Source: Octopus vulgaris
Taxonomy: Eukaryota
Length of the DNA: 64,000 nucleotides
Direction: 5' to 3'
NCBI GenBank assembly: GCA_951406725.2
Contig: OX597821.1
Coordinates: forward strand, 76,880,001 to 76,944,000
Shown here: piece by piece, positions 26,370-39,127 of the stretch
Layout of the letters: each line of letters begins with the position of its first letter
Position numbering within the stretch: position 1 is the first letter of the stretch
Notes under the pieces: generated by a model
Database searches by the model: none
Told to the model about the DNA's origin: nothing
The model's input: the letters and a program-made list of their open reading frames with translations, nothing else
Translations under genes and position numbers: made by a program

Positions 26370-27244
26370 TTAATAAAAAAAAAGAACGAGTTGGATCGCT
26401 TCGTCTTTTGAATAGGAAGTAACAGATTATCTTGCCATGTTGACAGGACAAAGTGCGAAAGAGAGATTTTTATCGCATGACCAGCAGAGAAGGTTTTCAA
26501 CATCTGCTTTTTTCTGGGAAGATTTATACCGAGTGCCAATTTCATTCAAACACGATCGTCGTTTGATTTCAACAACTGAAAGAGCAATTAAGAAAATCAT
26601 TCTTAATCTCTCTATATGTCGGTCATATGTATGCATCACCCGCTCTGTCTGCCTGTCTGTCTCTCTGTCTTTCTCTCTCTCCGTGTGTGTGTGAAAGAGA
26701 GAGAGAGAGAGAGACGCCCCGGTTGTCAACGAAAGAAGAACGATCGTTAAAGAAAATGTGAAAGGAAATCTTACTGAACAATCCACAGGAATAATTCGTT
26801 GTAAACAGGATAAGTTTGAGCGGAGTCTAACCCACTCGCTCCTTCTAATTGTGTAATACCAAAAGGGTGCAAGCTAGCGAAGGCTAGAATGCAAAAAACC
26901 CGAATAAATCGATAATGATTTTCATTAACATCGCAGCCCACGTTACCTGCAAAGTTCCCTTGCAAAGTTCTCTTCAGTAAAACTTAACAATGCAAAGCGT
27001 GAACCTAAAGCAGATAGCAAACACAAACACGAATGCACCAAGAATGACACTTCAAACATTTGCTGGCATGGATAACATTTTTGAATGGGATCAATCCGTT
27101 ATGGCTCAATCCGTTGTTGATTCTGGGTTCATCTGGTCCTATTGATATGCCATGTGTTTGTCCTGCTGGGGCCTAACAAACTTCCTGAACCGGTTTGTCA
27201 CCGACAGTGAAACACGGTCTACTGGATTGCATGTTACCAGAACC

Positions 27245-27307
<63 letters not shown>

Positions 27308-27328
27308 GTATGTTTACATATATGATAA

Positions 27329-27545
27329 ATGCGCCCTTTTAAAGCCTAGCCAGGTTCATGGGCCCGGCCCAGCTGGACGGGACGCCAGTCCATCGCAGCG
27401 TTACTCATTTTTGCCAGCGGAGTGGACTTGAGCAACGTGAAATGAAGTGTTTTGCTCAAAAACACAACGCGTCTCCCGGTCCAAGAATCGAAACCACAAT
27501 CTTCCGATCATGGTGCTGACACCCTAACCACTTAGCCACGCGCCT
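27329..27545 (-). mobile_element. tRNA-derived SINE with V-domain-like body
   Basis: Reverse complement of 1064-1330 with a small internal deletion. Confidence 0.85.
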
Positions 27546-27552
27546 GTAGTAT

Positions 27553-27610
<58 letters not shown>

Positions 27611-27736
27611 GTATTTATGTATATATGTTTGTGTGTATGTATATGTATACATATATATATTTATATAAGTAAATATATATTTGCACGCGCACACACATAT
27701 GTATACATAAATATACATAGACACATACACAAACAC

Positions 27737-27767
<31 letters not shown>

Positions 27768-27833
27768 TGTATGTATGTATGTATGTATGTATGTATGTAT
27801 GTATGTGTGTGTGTATGTATGTATGTATGTATG

Positions 27834-27864
<31 letters not shown>

Positions 27865-28179
27865 GTATGTATGTATGTATGTATGCATGTATGTGTGTAT
27901 GTTTACATCCATATGTATTTATACGTATATTTTTCTCTTCTGTCTAAAATTATTTGAAGTCCTCCGTGCCAGGAGCTGGTTTCTAGTAAAGATACGAAGC
28001 TTCATCGTTGGAATGTAGATAAACAAAAACAAGTCCACATTCTAAAGTTGAGGAAAGTCTTGCATATTTTTATTGTTCCACTTTGAGTCTATTTCGAATG
28101 TACGATTTAGCTGGTTGCTTTCTTTTTTCTGAAAACTTCGGCTTAACCAGATTCTGTATTTTTATCTTTTATGTTTCAT

Positions 28180-28668
28180 CTTTTACTTGTTTCAGTCATT
28201 ACACTGTGACCATGCTGGGGTACCTCCTTGGCGACTTTGTGGTCAAATGAATCGATCCCATTTTTTTAAAACTTTAAGCCAGATACTCAGTCTATCGGAT
28301 ACTTTTGCCGAACCGCTAAGTTACGGGGACGAAAACACACCAACACCGGTCGTCAAGCGGTGGTGGAGGACAAACACAGCCACATATGTGGTATACACAC
28401 ACACAAATATATACATATTCTTTTACTTGTTTCAGTCATTTTGACTGTGGCCATACTGGAGCATCGCCTTTAGTCGAGCAAATCGACCCCATGACTTATT
28501 CTTGGTAAGCCTAGTCCTTATTCTATCAGTCACTTTACCAAACCGCTAAGTTACGGGGACGTAAACACACCAGCATCGGTTGTCAGCGATGTTGGGGGGA
28601 CTTGGGACTGAACCTGGAAACATGTGGTTGGTAAGCAAGCTACTTACCACACAGCCACTCTTGCACCT
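28180..28668 (-). mobile_element. Two family B SINEs (a 3' half and an internally deleted copy)
   Basis: cttttacttgtttcagtcatt starts at about 28180 and 28420. Confidence 0.8.
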
Positions 28669-28683
28669 ACACACACACACACG

Positions 28684-28721
<38 letters not shown>

Positions 28722-28723
<2 letters not shown>

Positions 28724-28867
28724 GAAGGAAAGAAGGAAAGAAGAAGGGTTTAACGTTTCGAGCGGAGCTCTTCGTCGGAAACATAGGAGAAGGAGAGATC
28801 CAGAGAAGGGAAGACAGAGGGGAAAAAAATCGCCAACGGTATACACGAGGTCACATTTTGAAAGACC

Positions 28868-28870
<3 letters not shown>
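28722..28870 (-). mobile_element. Small (TA)n-inserted element with minimal hammerhead (U4C variant)
   Basis: Minus strand GUUU-CCGACGA-A-GAGC(UCC)GCUC-GAAAC-GUU-AAAC at 28748-28782; about 75 bp nearly identical to 6346-6423. Confidence 0.65.
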
Positions 28871-28920
<50 letters not shown>

Positions 28921-28923
<3 letters not shown>

Positions 28924-29048
28924 GACATGCTCCTTATGGTCGGCCCGAGACTATAGTAGAAGACATTTGGCCGAGGTGTCACTCACTGGGGATGAACCCA
29001 GAACCACGTAGTTAGAAAGCAAACTTCTTAACACGTAGCCACGCCTAA
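28921..29048 (-). mobile_element. Family B SINE, 5' part
   Basis: ggtcggcccgagactatagtagaagacatttg...gaacccagaaccacg. Confidence 0.75.
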
Positions 29049-29327
29049 GCCGATCGTGAATATCTTAAATCTAAATTCCAGTTTTGTTTAAGAATACAGA
29101 AAGTAAAGAGCATGGCTGCTTGTATGGCTTAGGCGTCTGAGAATTTCCTCTCACAACCCTATAGCCTGGGGTTAAATCTTGCACTATGGCACCAGTTCAT
29201 TGGAGATTTTTTTCTTTTTGGTTTTGTTGCTCTAGCTTCCTATTGGTTAACGCTTTGTGAGTGGTACTCCATTGTTGGCAGAGTCAATTATGCATACGTA
29301 CATATTTACATAATATAGTCATATGCG

Positions 29328-29697
29328 TGGAGGCGTAATGGCCCAGTGGTTAGGGCAGCGTGGGGTCGCGGTTTCGATTTCCAGACCGGGCGTTGTGTGT
29401 GTTTATTGAGCGAAAACACCTAAAGGTCCATGAGGCTATGGCAGGGAGTGGTGGCGAAGGCTGTTGTACTCTTTCACTACAACTTTCTGTCACTCTTTCT
29501 TCCTGTTTCCATTATACCTGTATTTCAAAGGGCCAGCCTTGTCACACTCTGTGTCACGTTGAGTCTTCCCCGAGAACTATGTTAAGGGTACACGTGTCTG
29601 GGGAGTGCTCAGCCATTTGCACGTTAATTTCACGAGCAGGCTTTTCCGATGATCGGATCAACTGGAACCCTCGTAGTCGTAACCGACGGAGTGCCAC
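29328..29697 (+). mobile_element. tRNA-derived SINE (family A)
   Basis: Box A tggcccagtgg, box B gtttcgatttcc, tail gtcgtaaccgacggagtgcc; similar to 53520-53907. Confidence 0.9.
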
Positions 29698-30049
29698 GAT
29701 GTATACATTCGCTAGCTTTTTCCCAGTAGCTTAATAACAGCACTGGCGCCTCCAAAACTGAGTGGTCAAAAATAAATCAATGGTAATGGTACGAAACCAC
29801 TATGATATTTTGGGTCATTGACTATCCTTGTCTAAATTTCCCGTCCGTTAAGGCTTCGTCTAGTTTCCCGTTTGCTCGTCTTGTTGTGTTCTTTCTGTTC
29901 AGTCCTTGATACATCCATGTAAGGCAACACACAACTTGCTTGTTTACTTTATTGTTAAAAATACATACATATACATACACACGTATACATACATACATAC
30001 ATACGTATCACAGTATAGCGGTATCGACTAATCTATCGGATGTTGTTAT

Positions 30050-30303
30050 ACATCGCTGGTCACAATGCATTTCGCATCGTTTTGTCTTTCAGAGGACACC
30101 ACTGCGCTGGCCAGTTGAGCAGGCCAACATTCCCCCTCGTTGGTAGGCCATTCCGTCGCAAGGTGACCCATACACTGGTGAATGGATTAAACAACGCGAA
30201 ACGAAGTGCTTTGCTCGTGAACACAACGTACAGCTGGTCTGGGAATCGAAACCATGAGCTAGCGATCGTGAGTGCAATGCTCTATCTTCAAGGCCACGCA
30301 CCT
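30050..30303 (-). mobile_element. Degenerate tRNA-derived SINE
   Basis: Minus strand aggtgcgtggcc...ggtttcgattcccagacc...gttgtgttc.cgagcaaagcacttc. Confidence 0.6.
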
Positions 30304-30393
30304 TTACACATACATGCATACATACATACATACATACATACATACATACATACATACATACATACATACATACATACATACATACATACATAC

Positions 30394-30765
30394 AGAGGTA
30401 AATATTTCCTTGAAAATCAAAGAAAAATCTATGGACAACTGCTTCGAAACCTTCGGCTTCTATATCCAGGCTATGAATTCATATTCATACGAATAATAAT
30501 TGGAGCACTAGGTTTTGTTAGTATATACTTAAAGGAGAATCTGGATAAACTGGAATTTTCAGAAAGGGAAACTAACTGGCTAATTCATACATTACAAGTG
30601 CAAACTGTGAGTGGAACAGTAAAAATATGCCAGATTTTATTCAAGTCCCAAATGTGAATTTGTGTTAACTACATCCCAAAGATGGAGCCTTGTATCTTTG
30701 TTGGAAGCCGGCTCCCTCCTCAGTGGAAGATTTATAATAATTAAAAAATAAAAGAGACATGCATA
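30394..30765 (+). mobile_element. RLE-type (R4/Dong/CRE-like) non-LTR retrotransposon 3' end
   Basis: Open frame ..RKIYGQLLRNLRLLYPGYEFIFIRIIIGALGFV..LQVQTVSGTVKIC..* with the (P)IIIGALG motif; flanked by CATA repeats. Confidence 0.75.
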
Positions 30766-31593
30766 CATAAATACATACACGCGCGAACACACACACACAC
30801 ACATACACTAACGGCTGTATAATTCACAAATTATAATATAAAATCTAAAAGTACCGATTCTGTAACTTCCGGCACACTCCCCACCAACACCGCCACCAAA
30901 CAAAATCATGCTCATTTAAATGAAATCAATATTATATCCCAATTAGGCTACCATAGATAACTCATTGACATTTTTTTGGTCTCTTCAGCTGATATTCAAA
31001 CAAGTCGTCGTCAAATTAAATCCACAGATCCATTAAGTTGCGTCTATGTCTCTTTCCTTCCTTCCTTCCTTCCTTCTTTCCTTCCTTCCTCACTTTAACG
31101 TTAACCGTTGACTAATCAGTTTAACGATGCTTTCCACATTTCTCAAGTGCGATGCACTGCGACGTCACGTGATTGCAACAGATGTGGGTTTCTAATTTGC
31201 ACACGAGGTATTCCGGTAATGTCGTTTGCGTAGCGTGCCAAGCGTGGAAGAGTGGATGTTCGAAGCGGCAAAAATAACAGAACAATTTAAATAAATATAA
31301 GTGTAATAGTGTGTGTGTGTGTGTATGCGTGGAGGCGATGGTGGCGCACAAGTCACTTGGTAAGGCGGGTGGTGGGGATAAGGCAACTGAGAGACAAATG
31401 ATTGTGTGTTTGCATAGTGAAAGTAATGACTGGTGATGGGGGGAAATGGACAGAAGGGTGTGACGTGGGTTCCAGAAAGGTATGTCGTTGTTGTGGGTGG
31501 AACGAAGACGGATGTGTCGTCGTCTTTGGATAAATATAGGAAGGAGAACCGAAGTCGGAACACGAATATTTAATGAGCATATGAAAAGAAAAG

Positions 31594-31904
31594 TGGGAGG
31601 CGCATGGCCTATTGGTTAGAGCAGCGGACTCGCGGTCGAGAGATCGCGGGTTCGAATCTCAGACTGGATGATGTGTGCGTTTATGAGTGAAACAATTAAG
31701 CTCCACGCGGCGCGGGCAGAAGGTAATGACGGACTTCTGCTGACTCTTTCGCCACAACTTTCTCTCACTCTTTCCTCCTGCATCTTGCAGCTCACCTGCG
31801 ACGGACTGGCGTCCCGTCCAGGTGGGGAACCTATATGCCAATGAAACCGGGAAACCGGCCTTTATGAGCCACGCATGTCTCGAGAAGGAGCAAACAACAA
31901 AAAT
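31594..31904 (+). mobile_element. tRNA-derived SINE, family A head with V-domain-like tail
   Basis: 15-bp TSD atatgaaaagaaaag (31579-31593, 31905-31919); contains cctgcgacggactggcgtcccgtccagg. Confidence 0.9.
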
Positions 31905-31980
31905 ATATGAAAAGAAAAGAAATTAAAACAGAACTTGAGAAAGAAAGAAAAATAGTAACATACTCAAATATTTTTTGAAT

Positions 31981-32148
31981 CTTTTACTTGTTTCAGTCAT
32001 TAGACTGCGGCCATGCTGGAGCACCGTTTGAAATGTTTTTAGACGAATGAATCAACAATAATATTTTTTCAAGCCTGGTATTTATTCTATCGATCTCTGT
32101 TGCCGAACCGTTTGTGTTATGGGGATGTAAACACATCAACACCGGTTG

Positions 32149-32230
<82 letters not shown>

Positions 32231-32420
32231 ATATTGATATATATATACGATGGACTTCTTTTCGGTTTCCGTCTACCAAATCTACTCGCAAGGCCTTGAT
32301 CAGCCCGAGGCTATAGTAGAAAACGCTATAGTAGAAAACACAAGGTGCCACGCAGAGGGACTGAACCCAGAACTACGTGGTTGGGAAGCAGGCTTCTTAC
32401 CACACAGCCACGCCTGCGTC
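31981..32420 (-). mobile_element. Family B SINE
   Basis: Both halves present around (CA)n. Confidence 0.85.
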
Positions 32421-32514
32421 TATATTCAAAGAAGAAAGTAAAGAAAATGGAAACTGAATGAGAGCAGAGTAAATTTAGTAGCACCAGTAACGACATTAAT
32501 ACCAATAATATAAA

Positions 32515-33370
32515 ACTAGCTGGACCCGTGAATATTTCACGGGATTAATGGTAAACATTTTGGGCAATTTCTAAAATGGAGGCGCAATGGCCCAATGGTT
32601 AGGGTAGCGGACTCATGGGCGTAGGATCGCGGTTTCGATTCCCAGACCGGGCGTTGTGAGTATTTATTGAGGGAAAAGACCTAAAGCTCCACGAGGCTCC
32701 GGCAGGGGGTGGCGGCGAACTCTGGTGTGCTCTTTTACCACAACTTCCTCTCACTATTTCTTCCTGTTTCTGCTGTACCTGTATTTCAAAGGGGCAGCCT
32801 TGACATACCCCGTGTCACGCTGAATCTCCCCCGGGAACTATATTAAGGGTACACGTTCCCGTGGAGTGCTCAGCCACTCGTACTTTAATTTCACGAGCAG
32901 GCTACTCCGTTGATCGGATCAACTGGAACACTCGTCGTCGTAACCGATGGAGTGCTACTATTTCTAAAAATTGATCAAAAAAACCTGAGAGCGTAGCCTG
33001 TGTTGTGTCTATATCAAAAGATAATCGCTCATCTGCTAATCATTGAAAAATGAAGGAAATTAGAACACGATGATTACTTTATATGTACACTTTATGAACA
33101 ATTCTATAAACTTAGTACACAGCGTTCTCACTCTCCGCCTTACCCTCTTTTTCTCCTTTTTCTTTCTCTCTTTGCCTTTCCCTTCAACTAGTCACGTGAA
33201 AGCGTTGAATACAAAAAAATAACACATTTCACTCACCACCACTCTTCTCCCTCCTCCTCTCCTCTTCTTCTCCTCATCGCCCCTACTCCTCTTCCTCCCC
33301 CCTTCGACTAATCACGCGGAAGCGTTACGGACGGGCTTAGTAAAGGAGTGACAAACAGAATTATTATAAG
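32515..33370 (+). mobile_element. Helitron/HINE-like non-autonomous element, interrupted by a SINE
   Basis: Starts actagc followed by hairpin cccgtgaa-tat-ttcacggg; internal duplication (ccttc.acta.tcacg.g.aagcgtt at about 33181 and 33301); ends acaaacagaattattata. Confidence 0.5.
32577..32959 (+). mobile_element. Family A SINE
   Basis: 10-bp TSD atttctaaaa (32567-32576, 32960-32969). Confidence 0.9.
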
Positions 33371-33907
33371 TCAATGACAATTATAATAAAGCTTCGTTTA
33401 TTTAACATGGAATACTTTTAGTCTTCTATTATTTTGCTACTTTCACTCATTGGATTGCAGCCATACCAAGACACAACATGGAAGAGGTTAACCGATCGAG
33501 TCACCACCCTTCCACAAGTACCAATTTTTTAAGGGTCTGCATTTATTCTATCGCTCGCTTTGTGGACCCTAATGTTATGTGGATGTCAAGAAAGTTGTGC
33601 AGAAGGAACACAACTATATTTACACACACAAACGCACACGCACACACAAACGCACACACTCACACACACACGTGCGCGCGCACGCGGAGGAAGCTACCTT
33701 CTACCATCGCCTCGGCTGGACCCAAACAACGTGAGCAACTTTGGCTAAACGGAGATCGGGTACTAAACATTTCTTGTTGCCCTGCCCCAGTTTAACATCA
33801 GCCCAGCTGGTCCCTGGGTACTTTTATTGCGGAGTCTATTTTCATGTAAATATTGAGACCAGTTATTCGGTTCGAAGAATAAAACATATAACTATACACA
33901 CACACAC

Positions 33908-33986
<79 letters not shown>

Positions 33987-34041
33987 TGTAACTTGTTTCA
34001 GCTATTGGACTGCGGTCATGCACCATATATTTGTATGTATA

Positions 34042-34107
<66 letters not shown>

Positions 34108-34477
34108 TATTGTTGTTATTGTTATTATTAATAATAATAATAATTATTATTATTATTATTATATATATAAGTAAAGATATGTTTATATAGATATATGTTT
34201 TACTCGATCAAGTAGTTGGATTGCGGTCATGTTGGAGCATCGTATGTATATATCAATATAGGACCTCAGTGATCGTGTCTATATTTATATATCAAATTCA
34301 GTTCTGTCTACCGTAGTACTTCTTATACTTTTAGACCAGCAGACAATCGAAACCCTGTTGGCGTCTCTTATGAAGTGCAGACAACAGGGTTAACTTAGCC
34401 AGGTTCATACTTATTCTCATTCTTATTGAAATGAAAATGCTATAACCGTAGAAGCCAGTTCTCAATGGATAAGTGGT

Positions 34478-34863
34478 GCGGAAGCACTCCGTCGGTTACG
34501 ACGATGAGGGTTCCGGTTGATCCGATCAACGGAACAGCCTGCTCGTGAAATTAACGTGTAAGTGGCTGAGCACTCCACAGACACGTGTACCCTTAACATA
34601 GTTCTCGGGGATATTCAGCGTGACACAGAGAGTGACAAGGCCGGCCCTTTGAAATACAGGTACAACAGAAACAGGAAGTAAGAGTGAGAGAAAGTTGTGG
34701 TGAAAGAGTACAGCAGGGATCACCACCATCCCTGCCGGAGCCTCGTGGAGCTTTAGGTGTTTTTCGTTCAATAAACACTCACAACGCCCGGTCTGGGAAT
34801 CGAAACCACGATCCTACGACCGCGAGTCCGCTGCCCTAACCGCTGGGCCATTGCGCCTCCACA
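34478..34863 (-). mobile_element. Family A SINE, young full-length copy
   Basis: 11-bp TSD ggataagtggt (34467-34477, 34864-34874); nearly identical to 53520-53907. Confidence 0.95.
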
Positions 34864-35210
34864 GGATAAGTGGTATGAAGCTGTGTACGCTAGAAATCCT
34901 GAAAGGAAAATCGAATGGAACGCGGAAACAATTTACGGAAAATTGTAAATCAAACATTACACACCTCTCATCAGCCATGGAGACCAGAAACTACTTAGTT
35001 TCGATGCGTTTATAGTTCAAGGCCTTTAACTTTCATGATACTGTCACGTTGGTTTCGTTTGTCGTATTTCATGTCTGAGGTGATGGATGTTGCAAAGAAA
35101 AAGACTGAGAAGAGCCGAAGCAAAGTAAATGCACACACGCTCACACACATATACAGAGAGAAAGAGAGAGAGAGGGGAGAAGAAAGAAAGAAAGAAAGAC
35201 AGAGACACAC

Positions 35211-35288
<78 letters not shown>

Positions 35289-35804
35289 GTAAGTAGAGGA
35301 AAAGGTAAGAGTTAGGCAGCCAACCAATTAGATATATAAAGAATGAAGGAGAGAGAGAGAGAGAGAAAGAAGAAAAGAAAGAGAAAGTTAGTGAAAAAAT
35401 TGAAATGGATGATGGATGAATGAAAGTAAATATTATGGAATTATGAGAAAGCGGATTGTGGGACAAAGCTTAGCTGAAATTGATGGAAGGACAGAAATGA
35501 CACTGAGATGGAAGTAATTAGTTAAGACAGAAGAGTGACTGGCAAATCAAGGAAACATTCCAGAGCCGGGAAAAGAATGAAAATAATGAGTCGTGAGAAG
35601 GGTGACGACGGCAGAGGGGGAATTAGAGGAAGAGAGGGTGAAGATAGGTAGAGAAAGTTTAGGAAGGAGGGGAGGAGAGGACGTGAGGAAAGAGAGTGAG
35701 TGAGTGAGAGAGGGTGCGAGAGAAGGATAAGGGGAGTGAAGGAAGAAGAACAGAAGCGAAGGAAATGTCGGCGAGAAAGAGGCTGATATTATGTATGAGG
35801 AAGC

Positions 35805-36041
35805 AAGGCGGCGAGCTGGCAGAAACGTTAGCACGCCGGGCGAAATGCGTAGCCGTATTTCGTCTGCCGTTACGTTCTGGGTTCAAATTCCGCCGAGGTC
35901 GACTTTGCTTTTCATCTTTTCGGGGTCGATAAATTAAGTTCCAGTTACGCACAGGGGTCGATGTAATCGACTTAATCCCTTTGTCTGTCCTTGTTTGTCC
36001 TCTCTGTGTTTAGCCCCTTCTGGGTAGTACAGAAATAGGTA
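35805..36041 (+). mobile_element. Nin-domain SINE, young copy
   Basis: Family C consensus end to end. Confidence 0.9.
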
Positions 36042-36442
36042 TGTATGAAGGGAAGGAGAGTAAGAGACAAATATTTAAAGAGGGATAAAAAGAAAGTGAG
36101 AGAGGGAGAGAGAAAGAAGGAGAGGAAGAGAGAGAGAGAGAGAGAGAGCTGTAAGATAGATACGTGTGTGTGTGTGTATATATTACTGTACCACTATGTA
36201 CCGGTTCCAGGGTTTTAGGCCAGCAGTTTTTAAGGGATGGGAGCTGTCGATTACATTGAACCCCAGTATTTAGCAGGGATTTCATTCTACCGACCTACGA
36301 ATGGACAGAAGGCAAGATTAATCTCGTTGGGATTTGAACTCAAAGCGTAAAGATCCACTAAGCATTTTGTTCGACATGCTAACGATTCAGCCTGCATGCT
36401 ACTTTTCGGGTTGCCTACACCCAATGAAGAAACGAGTATTGT

Positions 36443-36604
36443 CATTATTTACATTATTTACATTTGACGGATATTTGTTCTCATCTTGTTTGTTGTTAAC
36501 ACAATGTTTCGGCTGATATACCCTCCAACCTTCACCAGGTGTCTTGGGGAAATTTCGAACCTGGATTCTCATTCCTAAGGTACTTTTCAATGTTGTTGTT
36601 GTTA

Positions 36605-36694
<90 letters not shown>

Positions 36695-36765
36695 TCACTG
36701 CCTAGAATGGAATTCGGAGTCTTGGGGTTAGTAGCCCGCGCTCTTAACCACTACGCCATATGCCC
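36443..36765 (-). mobile_element. Composite: tRNA-like head + (TAA)n + hammerhead-containing tail
   Basis: Head 36765-36691 (box A tggcgtagtgg, decayed box B); (TAA)n 36690-36590; hammerhead-like fold 36543-36498; terminal 9-bp repeats aatgtaaat. Confidence 0.65.
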
Positions 36766-37080
36766 GGTTTGCGAGGTTTAATAGTTTTAAGAGGATGAGG
36801 AAGAAGAGGAAAATGATGAGGGGGAGGAAACCGATGTTGTCTTAAGCAAAATTAATATCAACAGATGAGTTCGGCGGAACTGACAACTGTTGGACAGAAC
36901 TGGAGTGGTGATCAAAGAAGTGCTAAGAAGAGTAAACGAGGAGAATCATAAAAGAAATGGTGTGACAAGACAGACAAGTAATGGAACGATACTCTCAGCT
37001 GGCAGGATCAGGAAGTGAATCGAAAAGAATATAAGTAGGGCTTGCGGAGACTTTCTTTCAGAAGTGGACAGAAAACGGCT

Positions 37081-37489
37081 CTTTTACTCTTTTACTTGTT
37101 TCAGTCATTTGACTGTGGCCATGCTGGAGCACCGCCTTTAGTCGAGAAAATCGACCCAGGACTTATTCTTTGTAAGCCTAGTACTTATTTTATCGGTCTC
37201 TTTTGCCAAATCGCTAAGTTACGGGGACGTAAACACACCAGCATCGGTTGTCAAGCGATGTTGAGGGGACAAACACAGACACACAAACATATACACACAC
37301 ACATACATATATATAAACATATATACGACGGGCTTCTTTCAGTTTCCGTCTACCAAATCCACTCACAAGGCTTTGGTCGGCCCAAGGCTATAATAGAAGA
37401 CATTTGCCCAAGGTGCCATGCAGTGGGACAGAACCCGGAACCATGTGGTTCGTAAGCAAGCTACTTACCACACACCCACTCCTACGCCT
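37081..37489 (-). mobile_element. Family B SINE, full length
   Basis: Near-identical to 11643-12062. Confidence 0.9.
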
Positions 37490-38552
37490 ATAGGCTGACA
37501 AAAAAGAAAAAAAAACAGCTTCTTACCTACAAAGTCCATCTAGATCGACCCCACAGATCACAAATTTGTAATTTGTAGAGCTGATGACTTGAAAGTGTGA
37601 AGGAGCCATTCTATCCTCGTTTACTGGCCAGCAGAATATTCTGTGTAGACACTTCTTGGATGCCCCAATGCGGTTTGTCTTTCTCTATATTGGTACATTC
37701 GGGAAATCCAGTCGGTACCTGTCAAACAAATGGAAAGGTTTGAGCAAGTTTGCGAGGCTTTTGCAATCCACTCTTTTTATAAGAAAACTCTACACAAGTG
37801 GAAAGAAAATGGTTAAAAGAAGAAGAAAGAAAAAGGGATGAGACTGTATCCATGGATTTCAACAGACTCCTAAGTCTGATAGAATCAATATGAGCGATGT
37901 TTTTCTTGACTTACTACAACAGTGTCGGGGGAGGGGATATAGAGAATTATTAAATGTATTACACCGTGGAGTCAAAGGATTGGGCATAGAGGTTAGCGTA
38001 GATCACGGTTGAATAGAGGAGAATAGAAGAATCTATCAGGCAGGGTTGAGCGGAGGAAGCGCGAGGCCAGTGGATCTACAGAGAGGATAAAGAAAAGTTT
38101 GTGAGGAAACAACGGCTATTTTGGGTCAGAGATTGCTGTGTGTTGGTGAGTGAAGCCATGCTGGATATGAAAATTGTTTTAAAATAGAAATGGATTTATG
38201 CATTTTACTTTGCTACAAAGCTACTGGCATACTTCATTACAAACACTCTGAAGAGTCAGGCCTTTTCCGACTCGCTTCGAAAATTCACATCATTCCTAAA
38301 GACCATTCATGGCACACTACACAGTGTTTCTTCTTTTTCTTTTATGTTTTTGGGTTTTTTTTCCCTCCGAGTCTGAAAGAGGAGCTAATTCCGACCTCGG
38401 CAGAATTTGACCTCAAAACGTAAAATGGATGTAACTAGCTAACATTTTATCCGGAAGTCTACGGATTCTTAAGTCGTAATTAATAAAACGTCTCTTAAAG
38501 GGGAAACGAGATAATAGAAACGGTCTGGAGATGGATAGGTAAATAGATAGAC

Positions 38553-38670
<118 letters not shown>

Positions 38671-39080
38671 GAGGTGAAGAAATATGGAACATTTTTTTTC
38701 CTTCTTATTTGCACTTGGACGGCTCTGAGTGAGAGATTTCAACAAGCAGCTAAATACACTCGCCTTGATCACGGGTGATTACAAGCGTGTAGGACAACAA
38801 AGAAACGACTTTCAGAAGATAGGAAAAATATACGCTTAACTTGAACGGGCGTACTTGAGAAGGTTAGCTGGAATGGAAAATCTAGTTTATGCAGAAACGT
38901 GTAAATTGACACTTGAACACCAAAGTAATGACATCGAGTTTGTGTTGACACGCGCTAAAACACACAAAACATACAAAACTCCCGCTTTCTTTTCGACTTC
39001 TGAAAATATACTATCATGCAACTACTACACATGATTGGGGAAATATGTGTATATGTGTGGAAGGAAGAGAGAGAGAGAGA

Positions 39081-39127
<47 letters not shown>

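Noticed and set aside
30040-30657. 205-aa ORF as a host gene
   Set aside because: Chance fusion of an antisense SINE, (CATA)n and a retrotransposon C-terminus.
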